Source of the DNA: a virus
Lineage: Duplodnaviria > Caudoviricetes
IMG/VR virus record: IMGVR_UViG_3300032216_000376
Span: 1-33,008 of that record
Length of the DNA: 33,008 nucleotides
Direction: 5' to 3' (one strand)
The position numbers and the translations under genes were made by a program. This document shows positions 1-7,835 of this stretch, piece after piece (position 1 is the stretch's first letter; every line of letters starts with the position of its first letter). The notes beneath the pieces were generated by a model that was not told where the DNA came from, made no database searches, and was given only the letters and a program-made list of their open reading frames with translations.

Positions 1-1
1 G

Positions 2-358
2 GCGAACATGAAGACGGCGGCTGGGCATTTGGAAGAGGTGCGTAATGTCACTGGCCCTATGCGTGTTAATTCTTGGTTACGCCTGCCCGACGTTAATCTT
101 GCTGTTGGCGGTTCTAAAGTATCCAGCCACATGGATGGTTGGGCTATTGACTGCTCTTCTTCTACTCATACTCCTTATGACCTATGTCAGCTTGTTTTGA
201 AGGCTGGCATTAAGTTTGACCAGATGATTCACGAGTATGGACGTTGGATGCACATTTCTTTTGCGCCTGAGATGCGTCAGCAAGAGTTGACTATCTATAA
301 GCCAGAAGGCAAATACAAACCCGGCATCTGGACAGAAGCCGAATACCACACAAAGTAA
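2..358 (+). CDS. Peptidase M15 family (Zn D-Ala-D-Ala carboxypeptidase/endolysin-like), probably 5'-truncated
   Basis: Motifs NSWLR..VN..VGG...SSHMDGWAID and HEYGRWMHISF fit the M15A SxHxxGxAxD...H zinc ligands. The frame is open upstream of the ATG at 8 (GCG AAC ATG), so the true start may lie before the window. Confidence 0.85.
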   Translation, partial: ANMKTAAGHLEEVRNVTGPMRVNSWLRLPDVNLAVGGSKVSSHMDGWAIDCSSSTHTPYDLCQLVLKAGIKFDQMIHEYGRWMHISFAPEMRQQELTIYKPEGKYKPGIWTEAEYHTK

Positions 359-359
359 T

Positions 360-2927
360 ATGCCATTACAGAAACTACAGTTTAGACCCGGCGTTAACCG
401 CGAAGGCACGACCCTATCTAACGAGGGCGGCTGGTATGACTGCGACAAGATTCGTTTCCGTTCTGGCTACCCTGAGAAGATTGGTGGTTGGCAAGCAGAC
501 GGCGGCATAGCCGCAATAACAGACCCCGTCACAACACTTGTATCTACTAGTGGGCTTACAACTGCCGCTACTGTAACGTCTGGTACTGGCGCTTATTGGG
601 GCATCGCTAAGGCCATGTGGAATTGGATTAACCTGACTGGCTACAACCTTTTAGCAGTGGGGACTAATCTTAAATACTACATTCAAAACTCTTCTGGCGG
701 TGCATATAACGACATCACTCCTATTCGTTTAACAAGTGCAAGCGTAGCCACCGCTTTTACTACAACAAACGCCTCAACAAGCGTCATAGTTAATGACCCC
801 GGACATGGGGCGCAAGTAGGGGATTTTGTAAACATTACTAGCGTGTCTGGTACTGTTAATGGCATACCCGCTACCGATTTAACTGGAGAGTTTCAAATTG
901 TTAGTTATGTTAGTTCTAGCCAATACACAGTCACTGCAAAGAGTGCGGCAACATCTAGTAGCACATCGGCTGTTACCGCTACATTTAATTACCAACTAAC
1001 TACGGGTAATACAACATTTAGTTACGGTACAGGTTGGGGCGTTGGTGGTTGGGGCGGCTCTAGCGGTCCTACATCTTCATCAACCATAAATGGCGGTACT
1101 GCGGTTACTGCTAGTTCAACTACGGCAATCACACTTACATCCACTACAGGATTTAATAACGGCGCGGCCTCAATGACGAGTTCCACTATCTCGGCTACAG
1201 GTGTGTTGACTGTTGGCACACTTGCCTCTGGAACTATTTATGTCGGTATGGCTATTACTGGATCAGGTGTTGCTGGGGGTACGTACATTCTTTCTAATGT
1301 ATCTGGTACAGGTACAGGTTCTATTTGGAATACCAATACAACCACTGCGGTAGCTTCTACAACTATTACAGGCGGTGGTGGTGTTGTGTTTATTGGTATT
1401 GAGACAATCACATACACAACGGTTAGTGGAAGCACACTTGCTGGAACTATTACTCGCGGCGTAAGCAACACACCAGCGTCTGCTCATGCTACTGGCGAAT
1501 TGGTCTCGCAGTTTCCCTCTACCGCATCAGGATGGGGGCTATCTGCACCAGCAGGTCTTTCTGTGGGCATTCAGTTGCGTTTATGGAGTCAGTCTAACTA
1601 CGGGGAAGACTTGGTGTTTAACCCCCGTGGCGGCGCAATGTATTACTGGGCTAATAACGGAAGCCCTAACGTCTATGACCGTGGACAAATTGTTAAAGCA
1701 AGTACGGCTGTTGTTACAAAATCTGGTTCGTTTACACCTGATGCAACCTGTCCATCCGTGGCTAACTTTGTGTTGGTGTCTGACGCATCGCGTTTTACTT
1801 TTGCGTTTGGTTGTAACGACCCAACCGGTGTGTATGCCACGACAGCACAAGACCCTATGCAAGTGCGTTGGTCAGACCAAAACACATTGGCTGTATGGAC
1901 TCCGTCTATTACTAACCAAGCAGGGGGTATTCGTCTAAGCCACGGCTCGACTATTGTCACTGCCATACAAACCCGTCAAGAGATTTTGGTAATAACTGAT
2001 GCGGCTATCTACTCGTTCCAATATCTTGGCGCTCCATATGTTTGGGGTAATCAAATTCTTGCTGACAATATTTCTATTGTTAGCCCTAACGCAGTCCAAG
2101 TGGTTAACAACGTCACCTACTGGATGGGCGCAGATAAGTTTTATATGTATTCTGGTCGTGTAGAGACACTACCCTGCGCCTTGCGTCAGTACATATACGG
2201 CAATATCAATTTAACTGAGACATTTCAAATCCACTGCGGTACTAACGAAGGCTATAACGAAATCTGGTGGTTCTACCCATCTATTACAGGCACTACTTCA
2301 ACAGGTGAAAACGGTACAGGCACTCCTGCCTCCCCAAATGCGTTGATTGACCGTTACGTAATTTATAACCACCTTGAACGTACTTGGTATTACGGTACTT
2401 TTAACGGTACAACCGCCCGACCACGCACTGCTTGGCTAGACAGCCCTCTACGTGCTGAGCCTATGGCGGCTATTGGCTATAACTCTGGCGGAGGATATAC
2501 AAATGGCGCTGTGGTGTACCATGAAACTACCGTGGATAACAATGAGACTAGCACTCCAGTTGCTATTGAATCCTATGTTCAATCGTCTGATTTTGATATT
2601 GGTGATGGTCATAATTTTGGTTTTATTTGGAGACTTAGTCCCGACATCACTTTTGATGGCTCCACCTCAGCAGCGCCTTCCACTAACTTTACGGTAAGAC
2701 CGCGTCAAAACCCCGGTGCTAACTATGGGTCTTCAGATAATCCATTTGTAAATAGTGTTCAGTCTTACGCTAGTACAACAACATATAACGTCCAGCAATT
2801 TACTCAGCAGGTCTACGTGCGGATTCGTGGTCGTCAAATGGCGTTTAGGATTTCGTCAACAGACCTTGGTACGCAATGGCAATTAGGTTCGCCACGTATT
2901 GATGTCCGCCCAGATGGTAGGAGATAA
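360..2927 (+). CDS. Virion tail hub / DNA-stabilisation protein (P22 gp10-like, podovirus tail tubular B-like)
   Basis: 855 aa, beta-rich. N-terminus MPLQKLQFRPGVNRE..GGWYDCDKIRFR..PEKIGGW, internal VRWSDQ and C-terminal VRIRGRQMAFRI..DVRPDGRR are typical of this phage tail family. It lies just upstream of the internal virion proteins. Confidence 0.7.
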   Translation: MPLQKLQFRPGVNREGTTLSNEGGWYDCDKIRFRSGYPEKIGGWQADGGIAAITDPVTTLVSTSGLTTAATVTSGTGAYWGIAKAMWNWINLTGYNLLAVGTNLKYYIQNSSGGAYNDITPIRLTSASVATAFTTTNASTSVIVNDPGHGAQVGDFVNITSVSGTVNGIPATDLTGEFQIVSYVSSSQYTVTAKSAATSSSTSAVTATFNYQLTTGNTTFSYGTGWGVGGWGGSSGPTSSSTINGGTAVTASSTTAITLTSTTGFNNGAASMTSSTISATGVLTVGTLASGTIYVGMAITGSGVAGGTYILSNVSGTGTGSIWNTNTTTAVASTTITGGGGVVFIGIETITYTTVSGSTLAGTITRGVSNTPASAHATGELVSQFPSTASGWGLSAPAGLSVGIQLRLWSQSNYGEDLVFNPRGGAMYYWANNGSPNVYDRGQIVKASTAVVTKSGSFTPDATCPSVANFVLVSDASRFTFAFGCNDPTGVYATTAQDPMQVRWSDQNTLAVWTPSITNQAGGIRLSHGSTIVTAIQTRQEILVITDAAIYSFQYLGAPYVWGNQILADNISIVSPNAVQVVNNVTYWMGADKFYMYSGRVETLPCALRQYIYGNINLTETFQIHCGTNEGYNEIWWFYPSITGTTSTGENGTGTPASPNALIDRYVIYNHLERTWYYGTFNGTTARPRTAWLDSPLRAEPMAAIGYNSGGGYTNGAVVYHETTVDNNETSTPVAIESYVQSSDFDIGDGHNFGFIWRLSPDITFDGSTSAAPSTNFTVRPRQNPGANYGSSDNPFVNSVQSYASTTTYNVQQFTQQVYVRIRGRQMAFRISSTDLGTQWQLGSPRIDVRPDGRR

Positions 2928-2929
2928 GC

Positions 2930-3265
2930 ATGGCAAATAAAGGTGTAATAGCCCCACGACTTCCAGCCGCTCCTGTTGAATATGACCGTGTGTTTATAGA
3001 TTCGGTACTCAGCATTTTGCGCCAGTACTTTAACGGCCTTGACAACCCCGGACCTATACTTGCATCAACACAAAGACGACCCGCAGTTGGGTCTACGCCT
3101 GCTGTAGTTATCTCCGCTTTAAGTTGTACCGAGCCAAACAATGCTGGAGTTTCGGTTATCAGTCTGCCAACAGATGCAGACTTTGCTCTTTTGCGCTCAG
3201 GTGATATTTACTACGACACATCTGGTGGGGCTGCAACAAGTTACCCATTAAGGATTAAGGCATGA
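2930..3265 (+). CDS. Small conserved virion-module protein (tail-associated, hypothetical)
   Basis: 111 aa with SD GGAG upstream. The APRLPAAPVEYD..LRQYFN N-terminus is typical of the gene following the tail hub in such phages. Confidence 0.7.
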   Translation: MANKGVIAPRLPAAPVEYDRVFIDSVLSILRQYFNGLDNPGPILASTQRRPAVGSTPAVVISALSCTEPNNAGVSVISLPTDADFALLRSGDIYYDTSGGAATSYPLRIKA

Positions 3266-3271
3266 TAAACT
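3263..3271 (+). promoter_or_regulatory. Possible extended -10 promoter (TGaTAAACT) upstream of the internal virion protein genes
   Basis: TGnTAAACT lies 29 nt before the ATG at 3300. There is no good -35. Confidence 0.3.
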
Positions 3272-3299
3272 CGATTAACCCCCTTTTTGTGAGGCATAT

Positions 3300-5051
3300 A
3301 TGAGCCTTGAAGTTGCTGCAAAACACCTAGCCGCGCATGGTCGTGGTAAAGATACCGAACTTATCCATATGGATAAAGGCGAAATTGCAAGTTTACAAAA
3401 GTTAGCTCAGGCTCACGGTAAAACTTTAACTATCAACCCCCATACTGGGCTACCTGAAGCTGGCTTGCTTAGCGCCATGCTCCCCATGGTTCTTGGTGCA
3501 GGTCTAGCGGCTACTGGCGTTGGCGCTCCTTTAGCTGCTTTAATGGTTGGCGGTGGATACACCATGGCTAGTGGCGGCAACTTGAAAAAAGGTTTAATGG
3601 CTGGCCTTGGCGCTTATGGCGGTGCTGGTTTAGCTGGTTCATTTGGCGCTGCGGGCGCTGAAGCTACTACAACACTTAACGGCGCACCTGTAACTCCTAC
3701 TCCTGCCCCTGTAGCTAACCCCGCTGGTATAACTTCAACTCCTGCTTCTGGTGTTATGGATATGTCGGGTACTTCACTTGCTAATACTACTCCGGTAAGC
3801 GGAGGCCTTCCCGGATCATCAATGGTTAGCCAGCCTTTAGAGCCCATGACTAATATTCAAGATCCGTATGCAAACGCAGGATTTGAAGGTTCTGGAAGAC
3901 CTCCCGGCCTTGGAACTACGCCTGATGTGACAGGTAAACCGTTAAGCGATCCAATGTATTCTGATTACGGTGGCGCCACTAAAGGACTTCCACCACAGAC
4001 GTATGAAGTAACACCTAAAGCATACGCAGACATGACCCCCACCGAGCGTATATCGGCTATGGGCAGAGGCGCATCATTTGAAAACGCTGGTAATTTTATT
4101 GCCGATAATAAATACGCTGCTGCTGGAGCCGCAGCAAGCGTTGCTTCGGGTATGCAAAAAGAACCACCAAAACCTGCCGAGCCAGACAAAGATATGGGTC
4201 AGCGGTATTCATATAACGCAGCTAAAACAAACCCATTACCTGCACCCGATGTCCCAACATACGATCAAATGTTACACGGAAGTGGTAATTTTGGCCGTCA
4301 ACAAAAATACTTTAGCCCTTCATACACGCCAATTTCTGCTTCTGCGGCTAAAGACCTTTACCATTTTGCTGGTGGTGGCCCAGTTGAACAAATGTCTAAC
4401 CAAGCTACGCTAGGTGCAAACACCATGTACCCAATGGCAAACATGCGTACTTCCGCTTTTGCCACGCCTTATCAAGACCCACAGTCTACCAACATGATGT
4501 CGAGCATGGCTCCTTCTGGTGGCGGCACAGTCAACATGATGTCTGGCGAACCCAATATGCAGGGTACTCGGTTGGCTGAAGGTGGTATTGGGCGTTCAGA
4601 TTTTGATGTACCTGATGATCAACCTGTTGGTCCGTTAGGCTCGTTGCTTCGCGGGTTAAGAACAAAACAACAAGACGCAAACCCCGGGCTTAAATACGCC
4701 TATAACCCTGACGATCAACAGTATGTCCAACAGCAAGCAACAGGAGGACTCTCCGATGCGCACTATAACTTGGGTGGTTATTCTGATGGCGGGCGCTTAC
4801 TTCGTGGGCCGGGGGATGGCGTATCTGATTCGATACCTGCTGTAATAGGCAAAAAGCAACCTGCGCGTTTAGCCGACGGTGAATTTGTGGTACCTGCGCG
4901 TATTGTTTCTGAGTTGGGCAATGGCTCCACTGAAGCTGGTGCTCGTAAGCTATACGCAATGATGGACAGGATTCAAACCTCACGGAAGAACACAGTGGGT
5001 AAAGGCAAAGTTGCTAAAAACAATCGTGCAGATAAGTATTTACCCGCATAA
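3300..5051 (+). CDS. Internal virion (DNA ejection) protein
   Basis: 583 aa, SD GAGG. N-terminus GRGKDTELIHM..LTINPHTGLPEA is followed by a Gly/Ala hydrophobic segment. C-terminal motif GPGDGVSDSIPA..LADGEFVVPA..LGNGSTEAGA; repeated xAxGG motifs. Confidence 0.7.
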   Translation: MSLEVAAKHLAAHGRGKDTELIHMDKGEIASLQKLAQAHGKTLTINPHTGLPEAGLLSAMLPMVLGAGLAATGVGAPLAALMVGGGYTMASGGNLKKGLMAGLGAYGGAGLAGSFGAAGAEATTTLNGAPVTPTPAPVANPAGITSTPASGVMDMSGTSLANTTPVSGGLPGSSMVSQPLEPMTNIQDPYANAGFEGSGRPPGLGTTPDVTGKPLSDPMYSDYGGATKGLPPQTYEVTPKAYADMTPTERISAMGRGASFENAGNFIADNKYAAAGAAASVASGMQKEPPKPAEPDKDMGQRYSYNAAKTNPLPAPDVPTYDQMLHGSGNFGRQQKYFSPSYTPISASAAKDLYHFAGGGPVEQMSNQATLGANTMYPMANMRTSAFATPYQDPQSTNMMSSMAPSGGGTVNMMSGEPNMQGTRLAEGGIGRSDFDVPDDQPVGPLGSLLRGLRTKQQDANPGLKYAYNPDDQQYVQQQATGGLSDAHYNLGGYSDGGRLLRGPGDGVSDSIPAVIGKKQPARLADGEFVVPARIVSELGNGSTEAGARKLYAMMDRIQTSRKNTVGKGKVAKNNRADKYLPA

Positions 5052-5053
5052 CT

Positions 5054-5461
5054 ATGCCACTTCACCATGTTCACCCAAATCATTTGCCAGTCGTATGGCC
5101 TGTTGCACTTCCACTGTTAAAAAAAGCAATGGATTTAGAGCCGGGATCGCATAATGAGCAGTTTATTGAGTACAGCATTCGTACAGGTAAAACACACTTA
5201 ATGGTGTGGGAAGAACCCGAGGAAGGTATTACAGGTGCTTGCACGATTGAGTTCATTGACTATCCAATGGAACGCGTTGCACATGTGAACTTGATGGGCG
5301 GTAAAGGAATTGTTAGAGACTATGTATTTGATGAAGCTAAAAACTTCATGCGTGCTAACGGGGCTAAAAAAGCCCAATGTTGGGCACGGGGAACATTGGT
5401 TGACATGTACAAGAAAATGGGTATGGAAAACACCCACCAAGTAATGAGGGTTGATCTATGA
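5054..5461 (+). CDS. GNAT-like acetyltransferase-fold virion assembly protein
   Basis: 135 aa with pattern GACTIEFIDYP..RVAHVNLMGGKG..AKNFMRANGAKKAQCWAR...YKKMG. It sits among the ejection protein genes, with an ATGA overlap to the next gene. Confidence 0.65.
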   Translation: MPLHHVHPNHLPVVWPVALPLLKKAMDLEPGSHNEQFIEYSIRTGKTHLMVWEEPEEGITGACTIEFIDYPMERVAHVNLMGGKGIVRDYVFDEAKNFMRANGAKKAQCWARGTLVDMYKKMGMENTHQVMRVDL

Positions 5462-7827
5462 GAACAAGTTATTCACGTCGTGAACTATATGCTTTGGGCG
5501 AGCCGCTCGGGGATAGTGCTACCTACCGTAAGATGGATGGCGGTTTAATTTTTGGTGATGGTGGTAGTTCAGCCCCAGTACAAGAAACAAAAGCCAGCAC
5601 GGAACTGCCCGAGTGGGCAAAACCGTATGCTAAAGATATATTAGCTAAGGGTCAGGCGTTAACCGACGTTACCCAAAACCCGTATCAGCAATACGACCAA
5701 GCACGCGTTGCAGGGTTTTCCCCAATGCAACAGCAGGCAATGCAAAACGCCCAAGGTATGTCTGTATCCCCACAAACGGGTGAGGCAACTGCTGGCGCAA
5801 CTATGGCTGGACTTGGTGGTATGGGCGTAGCTGGTCAGGCTAATCAGTACGGGTTCCAAAATCAAGTTGGTGGGTACATGAACCCCTACTTGCAACAGTC
5901 TTTGGCTCCTCAGTTAGCGGAGGCTAATCGTGCGTACGATATTGGTGCTACTAAACAACAAAGTGCAGCAACGCAAGCCGGTGCATTTGGCGGTTCCCGT
6001 GAAGCGATCATGGCTGCGGAAAATGAACGTAACCGTAATCAAGGTTTAAATAGCATTGTTGGTCAGGGCTATAACACTGCGTTTAACAATGCGCAGAACC
6101 AATACAACCAAAATAACCAGACGCAACTTGCTGGTTACGGCCTAATGAATCAAGCTGCGGCTAACTTAGGGCAACTAGGTCAGAATCAGTACGGCCAAGA
6201 AATGGGCATCAACCAACTGCAGAATCAGTACGGCACTGCACAGCAAAACTTAATGCAAACTGGCTTGAACAACGCATATCAAGACTTCCAAAACCAGCAG
6301 AACTACCCATACAAACAGTTAGGCTTCATGTCCGACATGATTCGTGGCTTGCCACTGGGTCAGCAATCTACATCTCAGATTTACCAAGGTGCTCCTACTG
6401 CGCTACAAACTGTAGGCGCTTTGGGTATGGGTGCGTATGGTATCAATCAGCTAAGCAAAGCAGATGGCGGTTCAGTTTATGGGTATGCCGACGGCGGAGA
6501 AGTCAAACGCTATAACGGTGGCGAAGACTCGGTAACAAGTTCAAATAACACCGAACAAATTATTGGTACGCTTAGCTTAAAACAACTACATGACGCATAT
6601 CAAAATGCACAAGCGCGTGGTGATAAGCAAACAGCCATGTTAATTGCCCAACAGATAGAAAAAGTACAAGGGCAAGAAGCAAACAAATCTATACAAAATG
6701 GTATTGCTGGTGCTATGCCTCAGCAGATGGTTGACGGAATTGTGAATGCCGCAGGTGGTGGCATCTTGGCTTTTGCTGGGGATGAAGAGGAAAATGACTC
6801 CACTTCTGGGCAGTTAGTCGGTGGTCTTGGTGCGTTAATGCCATCTAGAGGTAATCCAGCTCAATACGCTAATATTACTAACGCATACCCGCAACTCCTT
6901 GCAAACGTGGCTGGGCAAAGACCCAAATACATGTCCGATGAAGACTACGATGCCCGTACAAAAAAAGAAATGGCGTTATACAGAGAAGCCGCAGGACCAA
7001 GCTCTTACGCCAATATCGGTGATTTAGTTGGTCAACTGGGTGAACAAGGTAAACAAAACGTATCACAAGGTAAAGGTTTAGCAGCATTAGCCGCAATGGA
7101 AGGTATGTTGCAACCCGGTGGAACTATTCGTGGTATTGGCAAAGCAGCAAGAGGTTTTGCTGAAGCCTACTCGCCTATCCTTAAAGCTGACCAAGACCTC
7201 CAACGCTCAATGATTGGCATGAGAATTAACTTGGCCGACGCAGAACGTAAAGAAAATGTGGGTGCGTTTACTCAAGCCCGTACCGCAGCAGATGCAGCAC
7301 GCAGATCACACGATGCCGCAGAAGCCGCTCGCGGTAAGAAGGCTATGGACGTCGCTAACTTGGCGGCTCGTATGGCGTCTACTGTTAAACCGACTGGCAC
7401 AGGTGGGGCTGGTGGCGCTGGCAAAGAACCTAAGTTCAACGAAGCTGCGCTTAAATTTAATATTGAAGATATGTTGAACAGAGAGAAACCAAAAGAAGGT
7501 GAATCACCGAAAGCGTTTGAGTCGCGCATTAAAGCGGCAGCTGTTGCCAAAACTGCAACACAAATTAAAAACGATCCGCAACTTAAAGCTGCGGTTGATA
7601 CATTCCGTACCTCTGCAACTTCGGACACTGAGGTTGAGAAAGTAGTTAAGAGTTCTAAGTTTTCTGATCCAGATTGGACAAGGGCGTACGAAAACGGAGA
7701 TACTCAAGGCATGGCCAGAGCAGAGGACGCACTTGCTGCTAATATACGAAGTCGTCAAACTGCTACAAACCCAACAAAACCGGGTGGTGGCGGTGGAGGT
7801 TCTAACATAATCAAAATCCCAGATTAA
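5458..7827 (+). CDS. Internal virion (DNA ejection/pilot) protein
   Basis: 789 aa, Gln/Ala/Gly-rich and helical. Motifs LPEWAKPY, YMNPY, AGAFGGSR and QQNYPYKQLGFMSD are typical of podovirus DNA transfer proteins. Confidence 0.7.
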   Translation: MRTSYSRRELYALGEPLGDSATYRKMDGGLIFGDGGSSAPVQETKASTELPEWAKPYAKDILAKGQALTDVTQNPYQQYDQARVAGFSPMQQQAMQNAQGMSVSPQTGEATAGATMAGLGGMGVAGQANQYGFQNQVGGYMNPYLQQSLAPQLAEANRAYDIGATKQQSAATQAGAFGGSREAIMAAENERNRNQGLNSIVGQGYNTAFNNAQNQYNQNNQTQLAGYGLMNQAAANLGQLGQNQYGQEMGINQLQNQYGTAQQNLMQTGLNNAYQDFQNQQNYPYKQLGFMSDMIRGLPLGQQSTSQIYQGAPTALQTVGALGMGAYGINQLSKADGGSVYGYADGGEVKRYNGGEDSVTSSNNTEQIIGTLSLKQLHDAYQNAQARGDKQTAMLIAQQIEKVQGQEANKSIQNGIAGAMPQQMVDGIVNAAGGGILAFAGDEEENDSTSGQLVGGLGALMPSRGNPAQYANITNAYPQLLANVAGQRPKYMSDEDYDARTKKEMALYREAAGPSSYANIGDLVGQLGEQGKQNVSQGKGLAALAAMEGMLQPGGTIRGIGKAARGFAEAYSPILKADQDLQRSMIGMRINLADAERKENVGAFTQARTAADAARRSHDAAEAARGKKAMDVANLAARMASTVKPTGTGGAGGAGKEPKFNEAALKFNIEDMLNREKPKEGESPKAFESRIKAAAVAKTATQIKNDPQLKAAVDTFRTSATSDTEVEKVVKSSKFSDPDWTRAYENGDTQGMARAEDALAANIRSRQTATNPTKPGGGGGGSNIIKIPD

Positions 7828-7835
7828 GGCTACAG

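Noticed and set aside
783-935. Ubiquitin-like conjugation system suggested by the FCCH-like domain and Gly-Gly motifs
   Set aside because: No E1 adenylation, E2, JAB or Ubl gene is seen. This beta module is a common structural insert in phage tail proteins.
1486-1938. 150-aa alternative-frame ORF, and the many antisense ORFs across the window
   Set aside because: They have no RBS and lie within well-supported genes. They are explained by codon bias of the real frame.
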